A stretch of 64,000 bases of DNA from Raillietiella orientalis (lineage: Eukaryota). The position numbers were made by a program, and so were the translations under genes. Below are positions 23,601 to 35,600 of this stretch, piece after piece. Within the stretch, counting starts at the first letter, position 1. Every line of letters starts with the position of its first letter. Below the pieces are notes generated by a model, which saw only the letters and a program-made list of their open reading frames with translations, did no database searches and was not told the origin of the DNA. The stretch is from positions 372,001 to 436,000 of the forward strand of contig JAYWIR010000044.1 in NCBI GenBank assembly GCA_036172245.1, in the 5' to 3' direction.

Positions 23601-26600
23601 CGGCCCTCCAGAAGACCACACACCCAAAGGTGGAAATGGTCAAGAGCCCCTCGGTGCTGAGGGGCGGAAACGCAAGCCAACGTAGTTGGGTTCAAAACCC
23701 CTGACGATCTTAAGAATAAATACGCTTTTACATGCACTAAGAAGTGTATTGATATGTAAATTAAACGATATATTAATATACAAATTTAATTTCACATGCA
23801 CGTCTATTAATATAATTAACAAGATATAACCTGATATGTATTATTAATTTATGTAGCGAAGATTATAAAAATAAACATATGCTTTTATTACAGATTTTAA
23901 TATTTTGTGCATGTGATAAATGCATATTATATGAATTTATAAAAAGTGAATTCGAAAAAGCCAAAAAATAATGATCACAATTAAAATTGGCGGGAAGAAC
24001 AATAAAGCAAAAAAGGAATTTGGCATTTCCGACCTTCAACAAAAGGAATTTCCGCCGGAAATAACGAATCCCATTTGCGAAATCGATAAATGTATAACTT
24101 CAAAATTCGAAATTCACGCGTTCTTTTCTCCCACCTCTCTCTCTCTCTCCTTTCTTTTTTTTTTTTTCCCCCTGTTTTTTTGCGAGTGTTCCTCGTGTCC
24201 TCTTCCGCGCCGCGAGATCATAGGGCTGCAACCCCTTCGCGTGGGGCCTCCTGTGCTCCGTCACCAAAAATACGCGCGGCGGCTGATCCGGGGCACGCCT
24301 GGGATGGCCCCCGACTCTCCCGTGGGGCGGAGGGACGCGCGAAGAACGAAGCCATGGGGCCGCTTTATAATACATTCATTATACGTATGAACATATATTA
24401 ATATAAATAGCCAACAAAGGTATTTATTTTTTACGATCTTTATAATATATTAATTTATGTACACACATATATATATATGTTAATAAATATTGAGAATCAT
24501 GTCAAATGCGCATATTTATCTGTACATAAATATACATAATCGGCACATTTATTTATTTTTAGATGCAAATGTATACTGGTGTATAATGAACATGCTTTTA
24601 ATCATACTGGTAATATGTATGTCGATAAATGCCAATAAATACCTCAAAATAAATTTGTACATTAATCTATATACAAATACATATTATAAAAAGCATATGT
24701 ATTTACTTTTTATAATCTTTATAATGTATATTGATCTGTGTATTAATCTGTATATGAATTCGTGTATTTATTCTTAAGATCTTTCGGGATTTTGATCGGT
24801 CGGGGTTTCGACCGTTGGGCGGCGCCTCCTACGTTTCCCTCGTTCCCCCTAATCCCCCCACGTCCCGAAGAAAGTCCGGACCTTCCTTCGTCGTCACGGT
24901 TGCGCGGCCCTCGCTGCGGAGGCTGATGCCGTCTCTCGGGACGATCCTGCTGGCTCAGGAGGCTGAGCTGCCAGGTCATCTTCAGCTGCTGCTGTCCCGC
25001 GCCTCGCAAGCCACCGTCGGGTCAGCGAGTGACGTGAGTCCTGGGCCGACGGTGGCGTGGGCTCCAAGGGATCGTGCAGTTCACTTCGAGGAACGAGGCT
25101 CAGCGGTCGCTGAGGAGCGCAGGAGTTGGGTGGTCGCCAAGAAACACGGGGCGAAAGAGTGGCATTCCTGGTGTCCTGCCTGAGGCTTTGCGCGCGTCTA
25201 GGTACTCAAGAACCGTTCGCCTAGGGGCTCTTTAACACTGCCCACTCCACCCGGCTCCATTTTCACAGCCAGAGGGGAAATCCGGAAGACTCCTTGATTC
25301 CTGGAAGGACACCAAGGGGCCAACTTCCAGTCCCGGACAATCGGCGGAGCGTCCGGTTTCCGGCTTTACCACCCGAGGTCTGCAGGTCAGCCGGAGTCAT
25401 CCTGCGGTGGAGACTCGAAACCAAGGACGCGCCCGCTCTTCGGCGTCCGTCCTTCCCCGGGAGGGATTCGAACCCGCGACGCGCGGAGACCGCAGACGTC
25501 CGCCAACGCGGGCCGCGTGTGGCCAGCTCTTTTTTCGTGGCTGGGAGTCTGGCGCAATCGCCACCGAGGTGGTGGTGCTCGGAGCTGCCTCTCTGCCGCG
25601 CAAGGTTCCCTCGTCCCAAGAACGCCCCGAGGGCGCGAGGCTGTGGAGGGTCGCCAGCCTTCCGGGAAGAGGAGCCACGAAAGCGATCAGTCGTCCTCTG
25701 CCCACTGCATCCTGCTGCCGACCTTTCGAAAGCTCTTTTCCCCCTGTGCATGCCGCGGGTGCACTGGGACTCTCTCGGTTTGGGAACGGAATTTCCCTGG
25801 GGGTGATTGCTGCCGCGAAATCGACCGTTCCGAAAGGAGCATCGAGACTGATGTTCCCTCGGAAGATCCCAGCCTCGTAAATCAGGGGAAGCTCAGGGGG
25901 GATGGGGTTTAAGGGAGATGCCACTCACGGAACTGCAAGCCCTGTTCGGGATGAGACATCCCAGATGGGTGAATTTTCCCTCCTGCACAGACAACTTTTG
26001 GCTGAATTCTGGATGGCGACCTCTTGTGGCGGGTTTGGCATCTGCAACCAAATATCGTGTTAGATCGAGAAGGCTTTTTTTGGAGGAGGAGGAATGTAGG
26101 AGGAGGACTGAAAAGATCAAACGGATGCTTTCCAAGAACGTCGGCAGTCGCGGTCCGTGTGTGCCGCAGGCGCTCGCTTTCGGTACCACGAATTCTTGCT
26201 TTCGCTCCCGAGGGACCAGCTCGGGATCCATCGGGTTCGCCCGCACGGAGGTTCTACAGAGAGCCCGCCGAATTCTTTCGCAGAAGTGCGCAAGAGTTTT
26301 CAGATGGCACAAGAAAACGCGCCCAGACGTGTGTGGCGGACGCCGCTGCGTGCGGCGCAGTCGGCAACGTCAGAAGAGCGCTCAGATGGAAGGCCGTGAA
26401 CGCGGTGCCAACCTCAAAAACCCACCCTATTCCGTGAGGTGGTTTGAATTCGTTTGGGTTCTTCTGCTTTCGCTGCTTTCCTTCCAGCCTTTCCCTTTTT
26501 TTGGTCCACTATGTGCTGAAGAACCGCTCGCCTTCCTCACGAAGCTCTCTGACACTGTCCTCCTATCCGAGGGTGCGCTCAACTCTTCAAGTAAGGGGGA

Positions 26601-29600
26601 GACACCGTAGGGACCAACCTATCAATCCAGGAAGGCTGCAGAGGAAGGATTCCGTTTCTTTCACGCTTAATAGGGAATCTTGAAGGGAACCTCTTCCCTG
26701 TTCTCTCCAGAGGGACGCACTGAAGACGGTCACTCCTCGTTTCTTCTCCAGAAAGGATCCACTCTTGTTTTTCCCTCTGAAGAGAACCTCGATGGGACGT
26801 CCTCCCCGATTTCTCTGAAGAATCTCTCCCCGGAAAAAGCGGCACACTTCCTTGCAAGGTGCGTCGTGGCCTTCGAGCACCTCCACATGACGATGCTGGT
26901 TGACCCCTGGTAAGGCACTAGTGGAAGCTGGAAACCCCTGGATGCCTGGCAGGAATCGGAAGCTGACTCTCCGGGGCTCTCCCAGAAATTCCTTCGGGTT
27001 TCCCCTCCGGTTGGGAAGATGGAACCCTCCATTGCGCAACAAAGAGCTGGTTCATACCCTCTCCGGAAGTTGTCTCTCCAGAGCGCAAGAAGCGGCTTCC
27101 CTAGAAATTTGGAAGCGTCCCTTCGAGATTCCCTACCAAGCGTAAGTGGAACAGACTCCTTTCTCTGCAGTCTTCCTGGATTCATAGTGTGATTCCCTTC
27201 CAGGTAACCCCCTAACGCACTCTCGGGTGCCCTGGGGCGGCGTTAAAGAGCTCTATGCGTCTCCTCCAAGAAGGCAAACGGTTCTTCAGCACTCAGAGAC
27301 TCTATCCCTTTCCGAAAAAAAAAAAGCTCCCAGAAGGAAAGCAGAGAAAACAGAACCCAAAAGAGACCCGTCGTCATTCATCGAGATGAGTCTGCAAGCA
27401 TTTCTGTACGTCTGGAGGCAGCGCAATCCTGGCTGTTACTGACGTCACATCCGGATTGCGCAAATCGTTCAGTCTATCCACGTTGAAGCTTGATTTATGA
27501 ATAGTTTCTTTTTCTATAGAAGAAGAAAAAGGACCAAAGGGTTAGGAGGCGGTGGTCATGAGGAAAACTGTTCATCTGTCGCCTCAGCAAAGCCATGCAG
27601 GCTATCGTCCTGCTGGTTAGGGATGAGGCGCGATCAGAACAATCATTTCCGCCCTGGGAAGAAGGCAGTCTTTTGCTTTGCGAATCCCCGAGCAAGTAAG
27701 AAAGTCGAGATAGCATTCGAACGCTCCTGTCACCCGGGCGCCACTTTCCTGTCTTTCCCTTCTTATTCTACAGGGCTAGAAAACGTGGGTCCATTGCCAA
27801 CATCGGAAAAAAACCGGAACGAAGAGACGGATGCGCACACAAGTAGATGGCAGGGGCTGCTGCTGGATGACTCCACTCCCTTTGTCTTCCTTCGGAACCT
27901 GTGCCATTTCCGCACCCGGAAATGGCTGCCAGACACGGCGCTCTGCAAGCCCGAACGACGAATCCTTCTCTGGTCACCCGCGTTCGAAAGACTCGGTTTG
28001 GTCCGAAAAAGGGGGAAACAAAGGAATCCTTTGTTCCCATTTTTTCTGAGTTTCTGCGGAGAAATACGGATCTTCCGAGGAATGCCAAAGAATGCAATTC
28101 GTGCGTCTTCTACCGCTTCTTCGATCGCTTCTCGGCCTTTTGTCTAAGATCAAAGTGCGTTGGGAGTGGAGGGTTCCGCATTCTTCTTGGAGTGAAGGTC
28201 TCGCTCGGAAGGTCCTCAAGTGGAGGTTCGGCATCATTACCAAAGTGCGCTCTTCCCCTCGGAGCGCTCTGCATGATTTTCATGGACTGGAGGCTCTCTG
28301 AGGACTCTGGAACGAAGTACGTCCATTGGTTTTCCGAGAGATGAGACGAATCAGATCGGGGGATGTCTCCGTTCTTCGCCACAGTCTGCGTGCACGAGAT
28401 TTCTGCAGCATTCAAGAGAGCGTTCCGTCCGAAGAAGTAAACAGCGCGAACACGGCCGAGGGAGGAAGGCGCAGCTCCACTGAGGCAGAATTTTCCAGCA
28501 AAGCATCTTAAATGAGAATGGGCTCTGAAGATGCGAAAGGTGCTCTCCAAATAATCAGCATGACTTGTTTCTCTTCTAACATTCTAGCCCCTAGGAACAC
28601 CAAGGTAACACTCTGGGCGTTCGTGCACCGTCTTTCCAACGCCTCCGTTGTGCAGCACCTGTGCTTAATGGCCGTTTGGATTTGCTCTTCAGGGTACCCT
28701 CCGAGTTTTAAGTCACTCCCTTTGGTCTGCCCTAGCCGGGAGGAATTCGTGGCCGTTCGACCACCGCCGGAAAGCAAAAAGCTGTCTTGTTGGATGTTGG
28801 CTCTCGACGCTTGAGTGGTGTCCAACGCCACGGATTCCTTGCGTTTGCTATGGAGAATTCCGACTGCCATCACTACCATACTACTACTAGCTGTCCATAG
28901 CAACTAACATCTTTAACGACAGCTGATGAGTATAGCATCCCGTGCACCGTGGCCAACGTTCGATTACTCTGCGGAGCTTCTTCTGCTGACTGAAATCACC
29001 GGGTCATCCCAGTTACTGAGGGCACTCATGGAGCGGAGAGTCCGAGATTTAGATTTGGAGAATTCTTTCACCTCATGCAAAAGTTGCAAACAGGTTGAGG
29101 TCATTCGCCTTTGGTGCCTACATCCAGATCCTGCAACCAGTTTACGAGTTGGGATTGCTACGGACCTCTGCCAGAGTTTCTCTTGCTTAGACCTTGCGGT
29201 AACAAAGATCACCATCTATGTCCAGGCCGTTCTTCAAGCTGTGGTGACGAAACATTCTCTCGTTTCATTAGCCCGTTAAGGTGCTCACTAATTTTGCTGT
29301 AGAAATCCTTCTTCAAGGTCATTTCGTGTCCCGGCAATCCAGGTTTGAACCTTAGTATGCTGAGGTCACAAAAAGCTTCTTTTGGACTTCTCTTAAATCT
29401 CCGGCTTTTGAGTCCTATCATTACTGTATGATGCTCAAGTTTGTTCCAGTGTTGTTTGAAGCAGAAGGGAGCTTTAGAGGCAGCAGTAATTTTTCCATGT
29501 TAAGACAGTACCTCCACTTCCATACTTGTCTTCGGACACGGAATCTCGTGGGACCCTGCTCTTTCTAGATGCGTCCGATATCCCCTCGGAGACTGCATCA

Positions 29601-32600
29601 CGCAGGGTTTCCCGGGAGCTCGACAGCACTCTTTTCATTACCACCGGATCAGATCTCCGAGCGGCCAGCTGCTTCAACCGAAGTCAATCCCCAGTCGAGA
29701 ACCCTGAATTCCGTCGACTCGAAATCTGCGTTTCCAGATTTTTTTTTCCTCTCATCTTCCCTTCCGTGAGGGATTCAACACGTGACATTCTCTAAGCCGA
29801 CAAGCGCGACGTGCATTCCCTGTACGAGCTCGTCTTCGTGCTTGGTGCTTGAAGATCCTTCCTTTCGGAGACAGCTGCAGCTCCCAGATTTGATAAGCAA
29901 ACAATTTCCGTGGACCACGGGCATTCGGGACGATGCAAAACTTCCTGCGCTATCGTCCTCAACGTCACGTGCAGGGTTGTTACCAAGGTTACCGTGGGAA
30001 CAACGATCAAGTAGATCCAGCAGCATCGACGGGATAATCACATTGAGTAGGAGGTTGCCTGGCTGCTGAGCGCGCCTCTTGCTGTCATCAACACAGCTTT
30101 GTTCTTCTGTTGCAGAGCTCACGCGTTTCTCATTGCGCATTCACTCTTCCAACCTTCGCTTGGCAGCATCCGCTGTGGGTTCAGCCGTATCATCAAGACC
30201 CGAACCAGAGCCCGGACAGTTGATGATGATAGAAGGAGCGATTGAAATGCGCGGCCCAACTTATGAAGGACTTGTTCGTACTGCACCTACGCAATCTCAT
30301 TGCGTCACAGGAACGGGAATCAATGAAGTGCTGAGAGGTGCTGCGGTTCTACCGCACGGGAACGCGTCCTGGAAGTTAACTTTGCCGCTTGGGTTCCCGG
30401 TCCGAAATTGTTTGCTTCCGGCACCTCAGGGTAAACGCATGGGTCCTTCCGCTCCTGAGGTCCCCATTAGTCCAAACCGCATGGGAAAGTCCAATTGACC
30501 GGCATTGGGAAGTGTTCGATCGTTCGCGGGAATGTGCCAAGAAGAAGCGATGTCCAGGGAACCTCTGATGAAATTTCGGCACTTCGGTGCCGCCACATCC
30601 TCTGAGTTTTTGGGAGCAGTGCCGTGCTCTCAGGCGGGAAACCGGGAAGAGTTTTCTGTACACCCGACGCTCGCGCAAACCGGACGGTCGGTGCCGCAAA
30701 CCAAAGCGGTTTTGCGGATCCTGAGCGCTGCGTTTGACCCACTTGAGTCGTGGCCTCGCGTTTTACCACCCTCGCCATTCAGATGGGCGGCAAGGCAACT
30801 CACACAGGAGGGACGAAAGCTAAACGAAAGGCGTGCTACAGAGGGAGGAGGTTCTCCGCATCCATGGATCCAGTAAGGGAGTAAGAAAGGTTGCAGCATG
30901 CGGCGTTGTGCTTCTTCAGCACCGGCTTGCAGCTCACACCGTTGCTTTGAGCTTTACAAATTAATCAACTTCGAGAGCAGGAAAGCAGTGTGGGTGCATC
31001 ACCCTCGTGGGCACGTTGGCGGCCTGCGAGGCGTGACGGAGCCGGAAGACAAAAACCGTTCCTTCTTTCGGAAACACTGAATTCGGCGAGAGACAGTCCT
31101 CACGAATGAGTTCCTGACGCTGGAACGTTTCCGATCCGAGGTCAGGAACGTTCTACGCCAAACTCGGGATCGCACGAAGGGGCTCCGGCGTCGTCGCGGT
31201 CCAAGAGCATCAGGAGGTTTCCCGCGGACTAGCTGGAACGCGCAGGGATGCGTCCTCACAAGAAATGGCTGCACGTCAGAAACATCTGCAAGGAGAACCT
31301 CCTTCCGAATGGCTTGACCTCTGCGATCGCAGGTGCATCTTTCGCGGAATCGCGAACCAGCCTCGCCGGCTCGTTAGCGGGCGATTTTGAAGCCGGCTGC
31401 AGATCTTTGGCGATAAGAATCCTTTTGAGTTCTGTTACCGCTGCTTCTTTTCCAGCTTCTGCTTTTTGGTTCGCCAAGTGCTGAAGAGCAGCTCGCCTCT
31501 TCAGGGGGATGAGCAGGGGGTCATGGAGCTCTTTAACACTTCCAAATCACCCGAGGGCGCTTGTGTAACTCTTCAAGTTGGGGACCAACCCGTTCCTCTC
31601 ACGCTTGGTAGGGACATCTCCGCTTGGGTTGTCTACGAAAACAACCATGGAGGGACATTTCAAATTTCTTTTCCTTATTCTTTACAGAGAGAGCTAATCC
31701 TCGTTTCTTCTCCGAAGGAAACCCGCTAACCAGCTGCTCCCTGTTTACCGCTCTGAAGAGAACATCAAAGAAAGGGAGTAGCGCGCTTCTGGCACTCTGG
31801 GGAGGCAACTCCAGAGGGGGATGTCAAGCAGCTTCGTGATACACGATGGACGGCTCCGTTTCCACAATTGAAAGGGAACCCCGAAGCTACTTAATTTCCG
31901 GAAGGAGTACAGAGGGGCAACACTCAATCGCTATCAGTCAATGGGGCACTCGGCTTCAGCCAGTGCCACACCCGAAGTATATAAGGCCAAGCAGCGTCAT
32001 TGAAAGGAGGACTCAAAGCTCACGGAGCACCCATTTTTCGGAGTCAATCCTTCCCCGGGCGGGATTCAAACCCTTAAAGCCTGATAACACGCGCACACGG
32101 TCGCCAACGCAGGCCGGCTGGACGACTGTCTTCTCGCATCTGAAGGAGCTCCATCTTAAGGCATTGCTCGGGAGCTTCTGAAGGTGATAGGAGGCTTCAC
32201 TTTGCCAGGCGTTACAACAAGGACTCGCGGGTCTTTGTAGGGTGACCCACGGGGCCACCGGGAAACTCTGGCGTTTTCGGCTATGCGCCGCAACAGCGAT
32301 GGGCGTGCAGTAAAGTACAGAACTGACAAAACTTCAGTTGCTTGGAGAACAGCTCTTCGCGCACGTCCGACTCAAACCCCGCCATGACGTCGTCAGACAG
32401 CTGCCTTCTCGAGTCCCCATTTGCCTCCAGAACGCACAACGGAGTTGACGAGAAAATGGCCGGAAACGCGACCCGTCCGCGGCCTGCCACCAAGAACCGC
32501 ACTGGGAGTGGAGAACCAGGGAGTCCGCAGCTCGTGAGAGCAGTCCACCGCATGCAATGCCACTGCTGTGCCCAAGAGCGTCTTCTTTCGCGTAACCATG

Positions 32601-35600
32601 AAAGCGGTGCATACGGTGAGGGTTAAGGGTGTGCACTCTTCTGATGTTACGGCAGCGAGGATTTGGTTGCCTTAGGGATTTCCTAGATGTTTCTACTTCT
32701 CTGAACTCCGGAGGACACCATCATCCTAGGTGACCGCGATATCCGCTGAACCCATGGATTTAGGCATGCTCCCAGTGAAGAGTCGTCGAGAACGCTCATC
32801 CCTGAGAACTAGTGCCAGTCAGCGCGAGTGTGGAACAAAGGAACACCGCTTCAGCTGGTTCGCGTGCGCCCTCTGGGTCCTGACGTCCTGGCTCCAGAAG
32901 CGCGAGCCGATGCTTGGATCCCTTACAGGGAAGCTGGGGAGCGTTGCAGAGGGCAAGGCAGAGAAATAGGAAAGGGAAGGTCGCAGCTGGTCCCCAGAGG
33001 TCATCAGTCGAGACGGACGACGGCGTTGTCGGAGCACGGCAGCTCCCCCAAGCGATGAGTGGTGCAGACCGGAGAGGAAGCCACGCGCTCCGTGGAAGGA
33101 CCCATCGCAGGTCGCAGGACTGAATGTCAGCCGAGATGAAGAAACCTGCACGAGGCTGCAGCCTCCGATGGAGGAAAAGATGGTGGGGGCATCCAGGCAT
33201 AGAAGATAGTGAACAATGCGCCCCTGGTCGTCGGTCGCGCCTTCCGTCACATCGTTTGTGGGACTCCAGCTCGGATGAACGGCGAACGAATTCTCCTTCT
33301 TCATCGCCTCCGGCTGCCGAGGAAGAAGTCGACTCGGTAGTAGCCTCCGGCAGGATGGCGCGTTTCCGTTTGCTCAAGGGTCTCAACCAGGTCGAATGTC
33401 TTTTGATACTTTCTCATCATCGGTAAGCCTCCCTCATTGGCATACGCGGACTCTTGCCGGTGCAGAGCTGAGCAGTGGCGAAAAATGCCTCTTGGCAAAG
33501 TTGGACCGTGCTAACGCTTGCTAGACGATCTTGCACCGTTTCGTTCAAGTCGATCTGGTTCCGTGGGGGAAGGAAAACTGACGGAAATGAGGGTACCGAG
33601 GCTGCTCACGCTGGACCGACGACCGGAATACGAACACCGATCTCCACAAGACAAAGGGGAGCGCGGTTGCGGAAATGAGGCAGGATCTCCACTGAGTGCG
33701 CTCTCCCCCCTAGACTGCGCGGGGAAGCACGTGACCTCTGGGAATAGCGTTCCCTACCCGGCGCGCGAGAGAGTGCAGTTCGGCCGTCAAGCATGCGACC
33801 TCTGAACCCGGTTCTGCTCTTGAGTCGGAGGAGAAAACAGGGAACGAGAAGTTCGGTCAGCCGATGGAGGATCCGGGAAGGTCAGTGAGGAACGGGAGAC
33901 GAAGAGTTGGGGACGTGGCGACTAGATGGGGATGCAGACGGGGGCTCTTAAAGGCTGAGACGACTCCTGGCAGCTGCCGAGGATCGGAGGTGACCTCGAA
34001 CGCGGGGTGATCTAGGCAGATTTGCCGCTCTTCGAAAGTTGGCGTTTCAACCGCTCTTCCATTGGACAGAGAGAATGGAGGAGTCCCGGAGAAGCTGCGA
34101 GCGCGAGGATCCGCAGCAGAGAAGAATCTACTCTTATGCCGATTCTCCAGGAAGTCGGACTGGAAGCAGGACCGATGGAGAAAGGTCAGTGGACTCTGGA
34201 AGGAAGCCACGAGACGCTCTCCGCATCTGGCGGGAAGCTCGGTTCGATGGCATCATTTAAGGATTTTCACGGGAGAGATCTTCTCAGGAATTTTTCCATC
34301 AGGAGGATGAGGAGGAAGTGGACCCTCAGCTAATTGCGTTTCTCAAGGAGCTTCTCCAGAGAACCCCGCGAAGATTCGAGAAACATTTTCTTTCTATCTC
34401 AAAACGAGCTCGGCAATACGGAAATCTCAGACTGGTAACCTTCTGGTAACCTTTTCTTCTTCTCCTCCCTTTTTTGTCTCTTTAAAAAACAAAGAAATGA
34501 TAAAAAAGGGATGTGGAGATGAGAGAGATAGGAAGGCCTTCCTAAATGAGATTGCCGCTTCTTCGAAAGTTGGATTTTGAGCTGCTCTTCTAATGGACAG
34601 AGAGGACGGAGGAGTGCCCGTGGTCATTAGCAACAACCAGGGCTGCAAATTCTTGGATGACTTTCTCCTCAGTTCTTCCACATATCGATCTCAATTAACG
34701 AACCCTCCGAAATACTTGCAATCCAGAAGTGTTCATTACATTTCCAAGAATTCTCTTTCATTAGGACGATGCACGGACTCTTCGCCCGCTCACTGCTTCC
34801 ATCTGGGGATGCAGTTTGGTGTTGCCGGGTGCGGCGGAGCTCTGCGAAGCTTAGAAGGGCTTCCCGCCGTGGTAAAATCGGCCCCTCAACTGCCTCCTTG
34901 TCGGCTTGTTCAATTTCTCCTCTACTAAAGATCCTACCCATGCGCGTTCCATAATTGATGATGATGCTGGTTTTACTGATTAATTCTAGGATTTCCTCCG
35001 CACTCTGCATCCTGAGTGATAATGTGAATGGGGCTATGCGGCTCATAAGAAGGAAACCTTCCACTATCGCTCCAGATGCATTTCGGGAAAGGAAGGGGGC
35101 TATTTGTCCACAGACGGAACGGGGGATTAAACGTGAAGTCGGCTGCCTGCAGCCTGCTTTTTGGAGTGTTTGTGACTCGATTTGCACTCTTGTTTCGCGA
35201 GCACACACTTCGTCGCAAGACACCAGCGCATGTTGTTGGATGAGCGCCACTCTCTCGAGAATTCTCATTCTCACGAGAGAAAAACTCCCGCGAGATGTAC
35301 CAACGAGCTTCCCCTTTTCGCCGTTAGATGGGAGCAGCGCCAAACGCCTCCAGAGCTGCCGAGCCAGCTGGAGAAACTCGGGCTTTTGGTCTCCTTCAAA
35401 AGGGATGCATTGAAAAATCTGCTCCTCCGAACCGTAACTCATACATTTTCAAGGTATTGTGTCTGCTCCCTGATTCAGCAGCGAGCGTCCTGCGTTGCTT
35501 CAGCTGGTTTATCTTGTGACGCATGTTTCTCTCCCGGAAAGCGTTCTTCCTGTCATGACTAATCGCGCTTAATCCACACCGTTGGAAGTAATGTAACTCA

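Noticed and set aside
23625..23705. tRNA-like A/B boxes suggesting a second SINE family
   Set aside because: The B-box-like ggttcaaaaccc is better explained as the inverted terminal motif of the MULE-like element.
24490..24777. Hydrophobic I/Y/N-rich ORF (and the similar low-complexity ORF at 55141-55590)
   Set aside because: Compositional by-products of AT-rich or low-complexity repeats.
27700..30400. Hammerhead ribozymes expected near Penelope-like elements
   Set aside because: The CTGAnGA hits I inspected (e.g. ~28923, ~30565, 37870-, 39655-) lack a stem II followed by GAAA. An Infernal search would be decisive.
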